Assembly (NCBI RefSeq): GCF_009914755.1 | Contig: NC_060934.1 | DNA length: 64,000 nucleotides | Source: the human T2T-CHM13v2.0 reference genome, Homo sapiens | Strand: one strand, 5' to 3' | Part shown: piece by piece, positions 1-15,179 of the stretch | Position numbering within the stretch: the first letter of the stretch is position 1 | Layout: every line of letters begins with the position of its first letter | Notes under the pieces: model-generated | Told to the model about the DNA's origin: nothing | Database searches by the model: none | The model's input: the letters and a program-made list of their open reading frames with translations, nothing else | Position numbers and translations under genes: made by a program

Positions 1-769
1 ATACAAGTATGGGATTCCCGGCCACCTGTGCTGTCGCTGCTTCTGTACTTTTTGTTGCTTATGTGTTTAAAGGTCCAGCCTAGTGTCTCCCACCTCACTG
101 ATGGAGGCAGACCTGAGGCTTCCAACATGAGAGGCAAAGACTACCACATTGACACTCTGTAAATGACAGCAACTTTCTTTCGAGACTTCTTGATTGTCAG
201 CTGCACAAAGGGCATTCATAGCGTGGTAAAATACAACATCATCTGACCTTCCAGAGAGGCACCATCATTACGGACAGTATTTTGTCACTGCCAGTCATGT
301 CCAAATGGCCAGCATTGTCTGCACTGCCCAACACAGCGGCTGGATTGCTGGGAAGTCAATTGTGTGATATGTCAGGACAAGCAGTACTTATACATCTCTC
401 AATTCATGCCAGAATATTGACATTTCTTTAAAGTTTAAAAATTTATAAAGCAATTCCAAGTGTGTTCTTCTTTACAGTCATAAAATCCCTAACAGATAGA
501 TAGGGTGGGAACAATTGTTATGCTTCAAGATCCAAGTTTTTAATCATTACACAGAGTATGTGGAAACAGATCTGATCCTGCAGAATGGATTCTTCTACTC
601 TCCAGTTAGGCTGCATGTATCACGAAAACGATAATTATCCTTTTTCTTTTAATTTTACCTCTATATCATCCCATCAAACAGCTGTCCAAATAATAATTCT
701 GGCTGATATTCAGTCTTGCATAAATTATATTTCTGCTAGTTTTATCTTCATGCATTTTTTTTCAAAATA

Positions 770-1090
770 AGTCATTATTTACCTGGAAAGCCCTGTCATC
801 CCAGTCCTAAATCGCATTTGCAAGCTCACCTTCTACGTTATTCCTAATACCTATTCCTAATACCCCCTCAGTTCCACTCAGAATCTTAATTTGCCTCCTT
901 CAATACCATGTTGGTTGGAACTCATATCACCTACCCCTGTCTACCATCTACAAGTGCTATTTATGTAACCTTCTCCATCCTTCACGAGATCATGAACATC
1001 CAGAAGCCAGGGAATTTAATGTTTGAGTCCTAGAGTCTAGCCAATAGCTGATACTTAGTAGATGCTCAATAAATTTTCGATGAATCAAAT
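770..1090 (+). mobile_element. L2 LINE 3' end fragment
   Basis: Ends in 'atacttagtagatgctcaataaattttcgatgaatcaaat', resembling the L2 3' terminus (…tagtaggtgctcaataaatatttgttgaatgaat). Confidence 0.55.
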
Positions 1091-1184
1091 TCACGCCACT
1101 TTGTCATTGTTTTGAAAAAGAATCATAAACCAAAGAATTATTTACTAGATCATGATCCCCTTGAGATCAAAAAACCACTTTTCT

Positions 1185-1483
1185 GTTCTTTTCTTTTTTG
1201 TTGTTTGTTTTTTGATACAGAATCTCCATCTGTAGCACAGGTTGGAGTGCAGTGGCATGATCTCGGCGCACTGCAACCTCCACCTCCACCTCCTGGGTTC
1301 AAGTGATTCTCCTGCCTCAGACTCCCAAGTAGCTGGGATTACAGGCACACACCACCACGCCCAGCCAATTTTTGCACTTTACTGTAGTAGAGATGGGGTT
1401 TTGCCATATCGGCCAGTCTGGTCTCAGACTCCTGATCTCAAATGATCTGCCCGCCTCAGGCTCCCAAACTGCTGGGACTACAG
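1185..1483 (-). mobile_element. Alu SINE (AluS-type), slightly 5'-truncated
   Basis: T-rich tail followed by the reverse-complement dimeric Alu (ggagtgcagtggcatgatctcg…ctcccaaactgctgggactacag); contains a 6-bp internal duplication (cctccacctccacc). Confidence 0.95.
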
Positions 1484-3583
1484 CCTATAGATAGGTCTCA
1501 TTAAATTTATTAATTATATAACTGCAGATGCACTGCAAACTTTTCATGATGTTTAAATTCCTATATAACCAGGTGAGTGTATCTGTGTATCAGCTCATTT
1601 TAAAAATAATATCGATGTTATATACTAAATAAAAGGGACAGGATTGAGGTGTTCTCACCCGGGAAGGACTGTGTCAGTGCAGAAAAATACCACCGTTTTT
1701 AAAAATGCCCTTTCTCATTGTCTGCCTGGCAGTGCACAGAAAGGACATCATTGATAAAAACTACCTTGATGGCTCAGCCTTCAAAATAAATTGCACTGCT
1801 CATTGCATCTATTGTTAGTCAACAATGCCTACCCCACACTTATTGGAAAACTTGTAATTATTTGAGCAGTAACAAGTTTAGGTAATACCAGGGGAGTCAT
1901 AAATAGTATTTAGAGGTTTCTATAAAAGCTTTTTAATTTGTTACTCCACAGCGCATTTACCTTGTATACTATATGTCACAGAAAATACACTTCTAAGATA
2001 CAGGGACTGGAGGCAAAACGTTATGCATATCATGGTGTATGTTATAAAAATGTACCTTTTCATCCTCACTAAGGCTGCTATAGAAAGCAAGAATCTATGG
2101 ACGTTAAGGCCATAGTACACAATTCAGAAATATGTGCAGCTCTTCTGGGACTGTGGGTGGCCTACATGTGTTTTAGACAGTATGCAAGAGGTTTTGTACT
2201 AGACTTCAGTGACTAATTGAAACAATTCCATAGGCTCTGGTGAACATGAAAATCTGCCGTACTCTAACTGGAAAAAAAAAATCTACTGCTTTCTCTTTCC
2301 TTCTTCAAATCCTAATGACAGAATAATTAGTTTTGTGTTCTTAAGATCATGTTTTCCTTAGGGGACCACTCATGTTCTAACTTCCATAGTGGGAAAATAG
2401 AAACATAACAAAACAAAAATCTATTTAATATATTTTTGTAAATCATTAGAACTTTTTGTTAATAATAGCTGTATGGATTGCTGGATGTTTTTATTATACC
2501 AACCTGTGGGGTAAAAAGATTGTGAATCTTAAAGCCAAAGAGCTTTTTTGTCAATGTGTAAGGAGGATTGTTTTCAAACCCTCCAATTTACAGAGTCTAA
2601 AAAATCCCACACTCTTTCTTTAAATCCATCATTCAACCTATAACAGTCTTTCAATTGTTTGACCTTAACTCACTTGCCTTATAATCTAAGCTCCATGTTC
2701 TTTTCACTAGTATCTAATTATGCCAGTGTTTCCTTTATTCCATCCATTGTCTCATATATCATTATTTTTAGGTTAAAATCTAAGCAGTTCCTGAAGATTG
2801 GACTCAATTCCGTGGCACGTATAAAGTTTTTAGAGTCTACTGAAAAGGTAGTTTGACCCTTTGTGTCTAAAACTACATGCTTGTTAGTATATGCTTACTA
2901 CTTGGATCCAAATTTTGCATATGTTTTAACATTGCTAACAACAGCTTGATTTACAAATGTTTCTTTTCCAATCTAAAATGATGGCAAATCTGATGCTTTG
3001 GTGAAAGATACTTAGAATATAGTGACAATTATATACAAGGATGTAATTAGAAGAGTAATTGGTAAATTCTTAAAAGTTGCAATTGTACCTCCTACTTCAG
3101 CTATATTGGATTTAAAGCATATTTATTTACATTCATCAAGCTTTTAAGATTTCAGACATGGCTTAAGAGTTCTCAGAAAGTTTGGAGTGAGATTTCTACA
3201 GCCCTAACAGGAGATTTACTGAAAAATTACCTAATGTATGACTCAATTTGTTCCAAAAAGATGATAGCAAACAGAGCCATTTAAGTATATATTTTTTTCC
3301 TTTTAGTGCAGCTCTAAAAATGAGGGTTCAGATATTGGAATTCTGTTTACTATTCCCCCACATCATGTAAATAGCATATTATATATTTGAATTAGCATTC
3401 TTTTATTTTCAGTTAAAACTAAACATTACAAGGTTACATATATTCTATTTCCATGTGTGGGTGTGTGTGTTTACATGAACTGGATGCCCTCAGTGAGTGA
3501 GGTCCCTAGAACCATGGGTCTAGTGAATTTTGCACTAAAGATTTGTTTTTTCTAATAAATATTCCCTTAGTAAATATTATTCA

Positions 3584-4119
<536 letters not shown>

Positions 4120-6188
4120 GTTTAAGTAATTTCATCTAAAGTAGGAGCACCTGTCTCCAAAAGTACCATTATTTTTGTCAAATATTTATAAATACCACCA
4201 AAGTCTTCAGATGGTTGGTGCTGGATAATGGAGTACTTTCTGCTCCTCTTCTGATCATCTTCTCATACTTCCCAGTGCAGAGTGAAAGGGAAGAAGATGG
4301 GAATTCTGAGAAAGAAGTAGGATAAAGAGTAGAGGATCAGTCAGTCTTTCCTTGGCTGCCTTACAATCAGACAATTTTTTTCTTTCATTTTTTGCCACTG
4401 TAGCTTTTCAAACATATACATTTCCACAATGGTCTTTAGACTAATTGCAAGAGGTAGCTTTCCTCACAATTATTTTAATAAAAGTGTATGGGACTGCTGT
4501 GTTTTACACTGGCATTTGCAATTTACCCCTGACCCTCAAAAGGTATAACAGCATCTGTTTAAGAATCATGTGATACTTGTGAAACCACATTCCTTTCTTC
4601 CCCTTCTGGACTTGTTAATTTCCAAGAAGACCGACACTGTCTTCACTTGAATTTATTCTTGTTTCAAAGGTATATGATTCCATGTATACAAAAAGTCTTT
4701 CTTTTTAGGAATTCAATTATATAAAATGCCCACTTTTCAACCCTATCTTTTTTCCAAGTTGAAAATTGTGTTTGAAGTGAAACATTTTAACATAGAGACT
4801 AGCTCGCTCACTTCCACTCATGAAGTTTGATGATATAAGATAAACAAAGATAGGTAACATTCTATGCATCACTGTTTTATTTTCTTACATCAGAGTGAAT
4901 TAATTTCTACATTTAAAAGAATGAAAGAATGAAAGGCCTTGTAATAAAGATGTTTTTCCTCTGATTCCATGTGCAAACTGATTCAGTCATGTTCCCTTTG
5001 ACCTCCGCCTCCTATGAGGGTTGTCAATGAGCTTGATGCTACATCTGTGGAGTCAGCTGCTCATAATAAAAATTACAGTCATTAATGCAATGGTTTTAAA
5101 ATGAAAATAGTTCACAGAAGAGGAACATTTTAGTAAAAATATCCTAAGTCTGGAAATGTGTCCTTTTATTTCTTTCAACAATTATACATTAGACACACTT
5201 TTAGAATATAATTAGAATTTCATTGTATTATGTTTAATCGTCTCATCGTTGAACATGCAACATAAAAATATAGTAAAAGTTACAAATCCGGAAGGCTGAC
5301 TGTTAGGATAATCAAGAAAATGAGACAAAAACTAAAGAGATTAAAGAGATTGGGCCAGATAGATCATTACATTAAGAGCCTCCCACTATTACCGTCCTAA
5401 ACAAACCGTATATTTTGGTTAAAATTAATTGATTCATATTCTCTGAGATTTGGTTCTTCTTTGAACATTTTGTTCCTATCTTGTTTCATTCGAAAGGATT
5501 TTAGCATCATGTCTGTCCTAATAAACAAAACTGGATGCAATATCTTTCTTTTCTGAAACCCTATAGTTGTCCATTTCTTTCACATGAAAATTTATATATA
5601 CATATATATCAAACTTAATATCCACCTAAAATATCTATGTCTATCCCAGCTTGTTGGGCTTGCATGCTAGAGACCATCACTGTCATAATACCTTACGCAC
5701 ACGCACCACATCCCCACTATCTGGGGTTCATTCCTTTCCTTTGATTTTTGTCCTTGATTCTTTACTCATTAATCCTCACTAATAAAAATAAGAATCTCCT
5801 CTTCAGCATGCAGTGTCTAGGCCATAATGCAGTTTGAATGAAGCAATGCCAGAACCAGCAGAACCATTAAATTCATTCATATATCTGCTCTCTGACAGCA
5901 TTTCTCCTAAGCACATCCAAGACTCTCCATCACGACTTGCAGCCTGATGCCCTGCTCCCTCCCCAGGGAGGTGGAGTTCAAGTCCAGCAGGCATTGGGAG
6001 GGCAGGCATCTGTAATTCCAGGTCATCTTTCAATCCTCAGTGCAGCAGAGGAATTGCTCTCAGGAATTAGTACAGCCCCAATGGTCCTTAATGCTCATAG
6101 CTACTTGGACATATGGAAAGCAGATGCAGTAGAGGCGTGGGTTCCAGAAAAATATAGATTTTAGACTTGCAAATAGGCATCTAGAACA

Positions 6189-6571
<383 letters not shown>

Positions 6572-6696
6572 TGAATGCACAGTAGGTCCTTAGCAACAAA
6601 GAGTTAAAGTAGTGACTGGAAACAAAAACTCAGAATGACTGTTCAGGGCACCTAAGTCAGGATTCAGCAAGAATGAATAAACATTCATGGAAAATA

Positions 6697-7730
6697 CATT
6701 CACTCTTTCGTTTCCAAATATATATTGAATATATACTATGTCCCTGATATTCTTCTTGGGCAGCTGGCAAAGCAATGAACAAAATGAAAAGGGTCTTCAT
6801 CCACAGACAGCTTACATTCTAATGGAAAAGACAACTACAATAATTAATTGAAAAAAAATACATCAGATAATTTTAGATACTGATGAATGCAAGGAAGATA
6901 ATGAAGCTATGGGCTGGAGGAGTGACTGGGGAGGGGCTACATAGGTAAGGTGTTCAGAAAAGGCTTGGCCCATTAGGGAGTGATATTTGAAATGAAACCT
7001 GTCTAATGAGGAGCCAGAGATTTGAAGAGCCAGAGGAAAGGGCATCTATACTAAGCACTAAGGAGAGAATGAGCTGGCGTCATGAAAGATGTACACTACC
7101 GAAGCTGCATGAGGCCAGGCCTTGGATGAGGGCCGGTGCATGTTGTCTTCTCAACGGTGAGGATTTAGGAATTTATTCTAAGAGTTGTAGGAATCCAGTG
7201 ACAAGTTGTCAAAGGGGAATGACACAACCAGATTTTCATTTTCAAAATATCCCTCTGTTACTGCAGTGTATCCTGATTTGGGAAAGTTAAGAGAGGAAAA
7301 TTGATGACCAGTTAAAAGGCCACTACTGTAAATCAGGTGAGAACTGATAGTGATATGTAGAAGTGACAGTGGAGGTGAAGAAATGTGAACAAATTAAAGG
7401 CATATTTGAGGGACAGAACTGATCAGTTTCTCTGAGAAAGTGAAAAATAAAGGGCAGAAAGTAGTTAAGTATAATTGTCTATGTTTTGGAGTAAATAAAG
7501 AGGGCAGACTGTAGCTCCATTTATGTAGACAGGAGAGACTGGAGTAAGATGTTTCTGTGGGAAATTGGGGGACATATCAAATTTGAGATTTTTAGTGTGT
7601 ATCTTGCTTAGTTCTTCAATCTTCATTTTGATGTCTAAATCCAAGCTTAAGGGAGAGTTCATGACTTTAGATTCTAATCTGAGAGTCATCAGAGTATTTC
7701 CGCTCTGGAACTGAATGAGGTACTTAAAGA
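6697..7730 (-). mobile_element. L2 LINE (3' region); continues at ~8111-8460 after a minisatellite
   Basis: Begins with the reverse complement of the L2 tail (…caaatatatattgaatatatactatgtcc…cttacattctaatgg), then purine-rich L2 body motifs ('gattttcattttcaaaatatccctctg', 'gaccagttaaaaggccactactgtaaatcaggtgaga'). Confidence 0.75.
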
Positions 7731-8110
7731 CAGACTATATATTATGTCTATATTAAAATATATATAAATGAGGTACTTAAAGACATACATATATATGTCT
7801 ATATATAAATATATATAAATGAGGCATTTAAAGACATATGTCTATATATAAATATATATATATAAATGAGGTACTTAAAGACATATATATGTCTATATAT
7901 AAATATATATATAAATGAAGTACTTAATGACATCTATACATCTATATATAAATATATATAAATGAGGTGCTTAAAGACATATATGTATACATATATATGT
8001 AAAGACATATATGTGTGTATATATAAAGTTGAGTCTTAAAGACATCTATATACATAAAGATATATGTGTGCATGTGTGTGTGTATATATTTATATATATG
8101 TCTTTATATA
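7714..8110. repeat. Minisatellite, ~47-53-bp unit, 6 clear copies plus degenerate copies
   Basis: Core AATGAGGTACTTAAAGACA (with variants) at 7714, 7767, 7818, 7865, 7914 and 7961, separated by variable (TA)n-rich tracts. Confidence 0.9.
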
Positions 8111-9640
8111 AGAAGATTCAACTTCTCAGTACTCAAAGAACAAGTTGAGAAGGAGCAGCTGTGAAAAGACACTGAGAAGCAAGAGATACCTAAGAACTAA
8201 GTGAGCATGATCTCCTACAATCTAAGTTTTAGAAGAGAGAGAGAGCAAGAGAGAGAAGGAGAGTGAGTCAAATGCTACAGAAAACTGTTTAAAACGCTGC
8301 TGCTGAGACTTAAAGCAAGATAAATACAGAAAGAAATGACGATTTAATTTGACCATTGAAAGGAGCAGTTTAGATGGGAGTTGGGACAGAATGGAGCAAA
8401 TTAAAGAGTGGATGGAAAATAAAGAAGATGAATCAAAAGTAGTATAGACTTGTTAGAAGATGTCAACTCTTTTTAGATCATTTTCACAGAGTCAAAAAAA
8501 TTAATTTACCCCCTCCTCAGGCAAAAAGAACAAAAAAGGCAAGCAAGCTCAGGAAAAGACAAACCATAAATGTTAGAGCTGATGTTGGCATCTAGGTGGT
8601 GTCTGGGACCACTAAACCCTTCTTGATTGGGGGCTAAAGGATAAACAGCATGTTAGAGGAGGAGACTTAATATGATAATATGTGAATTTTTCTTGTAAAA
8701 ATGCAACACCTTATTGATAATCCAGAGAGGCCCTTGCCTTTGCCACTTATGGGAAGCTACTTGAGCTGTATACTGTCAGTGACAGACACAAGATAAAGCC
8801 TTTAACATTACATTCAAGAGAAAAATCATGGAGGGTGAAATTATATAATCCTTAACAAAAATGTCTTTGTCCAAACGAACAACATAAGAGGCATAAGAGG
8901 GTGTAGCAGATTTCAAAATCACCTGCTCAGTTGTTTTATGCATTATTTTGTTGAAGCAACAGTGTAAGACCCAAATTGAGAAAGTCTCTACAATCAGACT
9001 TTTGGTTTTATAGACGCAATACAGTTTACCACTGCCTTATCTTTATAATGCAAAAACCCCTTTGTAGACTACAGCCACAAACATTATGGGTGTGAGAGTG
9101 AAATAATGGCAATTCAAGAAGAAGATACAAACTGACAAATTTAGGTACTGCAAAAAAGTAGGGAAGAATCAAAGGAATTATAGACAATGACTGTAATGTG
9201 CAGTAATACAATTTACTATACTGGATTCTGCCAAGGGAGATTCGTGTGTGAAACCAGCAAATTGCCTGCAGAAGACTATAACTTGAGTTGAGCTTTTAAG
9301 TAGATTATGACTAAATCTGAATTCTAGAGAGAAGAATAAATTTACTTTAAAAAGTACCTGGATCACAAAAAATATGTGAGAAATAAACAGAATTTATGAA
9401 CTTGTTTAGTATGGAAGGCCATTTTTCATATAATAAGTGCAATAAAAAGACTAATTTTCCAAAATATTCCTTAGGAATTTATTATTTTCTGGGTCTTTTA
9501 AGGAGGGTAAATCTGCTTTGTGTCTGTTAAAGAATTATGAATTAGTGTATACATTATCTTCTCACGAATCATCAGTCTGTTCCACAAGTAGAATCTTTGA
9601 TTTGGTGTTATGGATTGAGAAGCTGATTGGAACCACATAG

Positions 9641-10008
<368 letters not shown>

Positions 10009-10349
10009 GGAGCACACGTTTTTAAATACTTCTTTATGCCTTTATTGATCATGAATATGATATTTGGTGATAAAGATTATGATAATGGTATTGAACTGCT
10101 CTCCTTTCAGCAAGGAAAAGATTAATTCCAGATTGATTTAAAAATAATATATTCTTGCAGGAAAGCTTATCTTTGACTTAAAACACACTAAAATTTACTG
10201 TATTGCTACATTTTTATTCCCAGATAAGCCTTTTGACAGAACTTTCTATAGAGAAATCAACAAGTTCATTTGGAGAAACTTTCTTAACATAGTCACAATA
10301 ATACTGGTAGGTGTCATGTCAATAGGTAACAATTACTCATCATTTACTC

Positions 10350-10530
10350 TATTCGTCTATGCATGTGCATAAACTTACTTAGTCTTTACAGATACCATCT
10401 GAAATGTGTGCCTTTTTTAGCTTTAATTTACACTTGAGTACACTGAGGTTTGAGTGGATTCAGCAATGAACCCAAATACATACAAATAATATAGAGCAGA
10501 GCTTACAATTTGGGATACTTTTTTACTTGA
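10350..10530 (-). mobile_element. MIR SINE
   Basis: Reverse-complement MIR core 'tttacacttgagtacactgaggtttgagtggattcagcaatgaacccaa'. Confidence 0.55.
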
Positions 10531-10560
10531 GAGCTTATACTTTTAAACTCATTTGTATAC

Positions 10561-10890
10561 TGTGTAGCCATAACTGGACATTCAGGTTTTGGATTAAGAT
10601 TGTGTGTGTTTGAATCCAAATTTAACCTTTTACTACTTCTGTGACTTTGAACAAAGTAACTAATCTTCTGGTCATGTAAGTCTTCTTATTGGTAGAGGAT
10701 AATAAAAAGGAATAACATTCCATTAATCTCATAACTTTGGAGATGATTACATGAAATATATGTAAAATAAGTAATATATAAAAATATATGTAAAATATTA
10801 AATAATGTATGTAAAATATTAAAGGAAATAATATATGTAAAATATTTCCTGGTACTTTAGGAAATGTCTGATGCACAATAGGTTTTAATC
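10561..10890 (+). mobile_element. MIR SINE with internal 'aatatatgtaaaata' tandem expansion
   Basis: MIR motifs 'tttgaatccaaa…ctgtgactttgaacaaagtaactaatctt'; 3' part 'atgtaaaata' repeated about 4 times. Confidence 0.65.
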
Positions 10891-12690
10891 ACAACACTAG
10901 TGCTAACAATAATACTACCACATAATTTGGAAACATGCCTCAAACATCAAAAAATGAGGGTAAATCAGCAGAGACAATCATAAAAAGACATTTACAGATT
11001 TGGGAGTCAGTCAATAACATGAATTATGAAGCTCTCATTGGAACTATTTTGTATGGATCTAATCACTATTCTGCTAAAATAATTTTTAAAGTACAGAAGA
11101 GTTTCCCAAATTCAATGTTGTCACCATAGGCCTTTCTAGCTCGTAAGTGATTTCAGCCAAAACCTTTCTACAAGGATTACACTTGTCAGATGCAAAACAT
11201 GTAGAGTAACGATGGCTTATTCTCCGAATACATTTTGAAGTGGACAAACATTGAAATTCTATGAAAGTAAAGTAAGTCTCCATTCAGAACTCAGCCTTAA
11301 TCCAAATTAGTCAATTTGTTTGACCATGAAACCATATAAAATTCCAACCCATTCTTTCTCTACAACCACAGTCTGACTAATTCTTAAAAATTTCCACTGT
11401 CAACAAGCATTAAATGAGTGGAGAAAAATTCAGGTTCTCTTTTGTCCTCTCATTCCCATCAAAAGTTTGAAGGTAACTGTCATCTGTCAAATTGATTTTG
11501 ACTCATATGTATTCAGCGGTAACAAGAGAGGATGAATTCTCCACAGATACTTTATCAACTCACTATCAACTTTGGAAAGCAGAGGAGGATTAGACTTGGG
11601 GGGTCAATTTCACAGGCTAGATTTCCTTATCGAAAAGAAGATGATTAAAAAAGTATATTCCTAAAGGGTCACACTAGACAAAGTACTAAACTCTCTATAG
11701 AAGTTCCTAATAGAAATAGATTAATCATGTATTTATCTAGTGTTGATATAGTATCTATTATGCTAATCAATTGCAGTGAGTGAATTTTGAAGGTAAAGAG
11801 AGAGATAAGTTCCCACACAAAATATGAAATATAACAAAATACAATTGCCCACATTGCGAAATACTCGCACAAAGAAATTTTTAGAGGGAAACCATTAAAA
11901 TGTACAAAGTAGTTTTATGGACAACAAGTTGAAAGTCTGAATATTATAGGTCCCTCTTGAAGTTTCACAATGGTTATTGACAAATAAAATGTTCTTGATA
12001 GGTCCAAAATTAAAATAATCTACTTAAATTTTTTTTTAAATACAGCCATTTCAAAATTGAGTTACCATGGAATCATTTTTTTTTTCTCTCCACATGACCT
12101 AGATTAACATTCTGTGAAATGCAAATTTTATAAAATGTGTTTTAGGAAACGGGGTTGGTCAACAAAGACATTAGGGCAAAAAGGGAGATACACAAATAAC
12201 ACCTCTGTTGCATGCATATATTGCCATAGGAAAGTGTGAAAAGGCACTCAATGTGCCATTGAAGAAGGATTGCAATTTTGATGGGAGAAAGTGACAGGGC
12301 TGAGAGAAAGGATTTTCTTTCCAGATGAAGAGAACAGTGCAAGTTAGGAAGAGTTAGGAGTGACAGAAATAAGCATAGAGCATAATACGAAAACTACCAA
12401 TCTTCCATTTTGTTTTGCATGCAGAATACTCGTTCATGACTACTGAATGGTTGGGCTAGAAAGGTAGGTTGGCAGGGGAGTAGATATAAAATGAAATAGA
12501 CCTTGAATGCTAACCAAAAGAGTTATGGCTAAATTATAAAATAAAACATTAATAGCAAAAATATTATTACACTTATAAAAATAAAATCTGTTCAAAGAAG
12601 TTTTTAAAAATAAAACATAAGGAAGAAAATCACTTATAAATTAATCACTGAAAGATTATTTAAAACAATGTATTGTTATTTTCTCTTTCA

Positions 12691-12918
<228 letters not shown>

Positions 12919-12934
12919 TCAGATTTACATAATT

Positions 12935-13373
12935 TATTCGTTGATATATTCTACAAATATTTTGAGCACTTATTAAGTACCACACATTCTTAGATATGGG
13001 TGATACAACAGTGACTAAGACAAATTTCCCAACTCTCATGGAATTTATATTCTAGTTGGAGAGAGAGGTAGTAAACAAACATGTTAACAAATAAGTATAT
13101 AATGTGAAGTAGTGAAGTATATGAAATGAACAGCAAAGAATCCACACATGTATGGGATTACGGTGGGAGAGAACAACAGGAGACAAGCCAATAATACAAT
13201 CTAGTGTCAGATCATAATGAGAACTATTAGGAGCAATAAAATAGGATAAGGAGATTGAAGGAGGTTGGGGTTGAGGGAGAAGATTGAATTATTTTTAATA
13301 TGGTGGCCATGAAAGGCCTTTCTAAAGAGGCTGCATTTTAGGTCAGAGACATGAATAAAGTGAGGAAGCAAAC
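12935..13373 (-). mobile_element. L2 LINE 3' fragment
   Basis: 'caaatattttgagcacttatta…gatacaacagtgactaagacaaa…ctctcatggaatttatattctagt' is the typical reverse-complement L2a end. Confidence 0.75.
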
Positions 13374-13409
13374 TGTTCACTCCTCTGTTGATGATAATTT
13401 AGCTTAATT

Positions 13410-13580
13410 TTAATTTTTTGCTACTATAAAATGATAAAGTAATTTTTGTCTCTGGTATACACATTGAAGTGTTTCTTTAGGGTGTATGATGAGGAACAGG
13501 ATTACAGGGCTGCCCATCTTCAAGTATGTTAGATATTGTGTTGCATATTGACCTCCAAAATGATTGTACATCCATCCAGG
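13410..13580 (-). mobile_element. Old L1M (L1ME-like) fragment
   Basis: 'ttttgctactataaa…gtttctttagggtgtat…aggaacaggattac…ctccaaaatgattgtac' resembles the reverse-complement L1M 3' region. Confidence 0.5.
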
Positions 13581-13899
13581 AGCATATAAACTTTGAGGGA
13601 GGAAAATCTTCCACTCTAACCAGAGGATCTGTTGTCCCAAGAGAGTGGAGAAAACTCCAATTATATATTTTTTCCTCTTTGTCTTCCCACAGGCCAGAAA
13701 CCTGAAGCTTCAATTACTATGATCTTCGCTACCCCTAATGTTGACACAGTCATGGGTAGTATATGGCAGCATAGAGTAACCAATGCTCCAGCTTTCTGGC
13801 CAGAGGACAGAAAAAGAAAGCACTAGGGAACTGGAAAATACCTGGGAGATTTTAGGGAGAGCTCAGGAATACAAACCCATAAAGTTGTTTGTAAACCAA

Positions 13900-15170
13900 T
13901 GGGCTCTAAATGATCTAAATATACTAACTAAAAAAGTGAGATGGACAACAAAGATTTTTAAAAATGGATTCAGCCAAGTGCTATCTATGATATACTCATG
14001 CCAAATGCAATGATAGAGTTAGATTAAAGTTAAAGGGTTGGAAAAACATTTCCCATACGAATGCTAATCAAAAGAAAGCCAGAATAGCTATATTAGTATC
14101 AGACAAAGTAGATTTCAGAGCAAAGAAAATTACCAGAATAGAGACATTACATAACAATAAAAGGGTAAATCCACCAAGAAGCCATAACAACCCTACATGT
14201 ACATGAATATAACAAAAGAGCCTCAGAACATGAAGGAAAAACTGAAAAAACTGAATGGAGAAGTAGAAAAATACACAATTATATCAGTGGATTTATTTAT
14301 CAGTTATAGATAAACTAGCAGACAGAATATTGGAAAAGATAGATACAAAGGGACTGAATACCACCAAAAATCAATGGCTTCTAATTGATATTTACATAAT
14401 TATCCACCCCAAGCCGGAAAATATTCATTATTTTCAAGTGTATACCCAACACTCACCAAATAAGGATATCCTGATTCATAAAACAAATCTTAACCACATA
14501 AAAGAATTGATATCATACAAAATATGTTCCCTGAATGCTGTGGTTTTCCCACCCAAACTCATGCTGAAACTTGATTCTCAGTGTGGTGTTGTTGGGAGTT
14601 GGGGCCTAGTGGGAGGTGTTTGAGTCTCAGAGGTGATCCTTCCTGAGTAGATTCATACCCTCCTATGGGAGTGAAATTTTGCTCTCCCAGGACTGGACTA
14701 GTTCCTAGAGAGTGAACTGTTATAAAAGCAAGATGGACTTCCTACACTCTCTCTTCCTCCCTTGCCATGTGATCTCTTTTCCCATGCCAGTTTTTGACCC
14801 AACATGTGGCCCTATGCTCTTCAGCTTCCCAGCCTGTAGAATCCTGTGCTAAATAAATGCATATAGAAAATAAACTACACAGTCTCAGGTATTCTGTTAT
14901 AGACACACTAAACAGACTAACACACTGACCATAACTGAATTAAGCTATACATAAATAATAGAAAGATAGGTAAATTTCCAAACTCTTGAAAATTAATTAA
15001 ACAATACATTTTCAAATAGTCCATGGGTCAAAGAGAAGATCCTAAGAGAAATTGGAAAATATTTTCAAGAGAAATAAAATGAAAACACAACATATCAAAA
15101 TTTGTGAGATGCTGCAGGAGCAGTGTTTAGTGGAAAATGTATAGGATTAAATGTTTATTTTAGAAAGAAT
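13900..15170 (+). mobile_element. Old L1M, degenerate ORF2 endonuclease region (interrupted by an MST LTR)
   Basis: Translates in part to LKLKGWKNISHTNANQKKARIAILVSDKVDFRAKKI, an L1 ORF2 EN-domain signature; contains frameshifts and stops. Confidence 0.85.
14536..14924 (+). mobile_element. MST-family (MSTC-like) MaLR solo LTR
   Basis: TG…CA termini; 3' end 'agtctcaggtattctgttatag…agactaacaca'; 5-bp TSD ctgaa/ctgac within the L1. Confidence 0.85.
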
Positions 15171-15179
15171 AAAAATAAT

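Noticed and set aside
7714-8110. Repeat-spacer pattern superficially like a CRISPR array
   Set aside because: The spacers are near-identical (TA)n low-complexity sequence, the context is primate DNA, and there are no cas genes; it is a minisatellite
11700-11709. GAAGTTCCTA, the first 10 bp of a yeast FRT site, inside a weak inverted repeat (11671-11743)
   Set aside because: The rest of FRT is absent and the inverted arms are short and imperfect; chance
13665-13760. Strong plus-strand acceptor (ttttttcctctttgtcttcccacAG at 13692)
   Set aside because: No convincing donor downstream, and it lies between L1 relics
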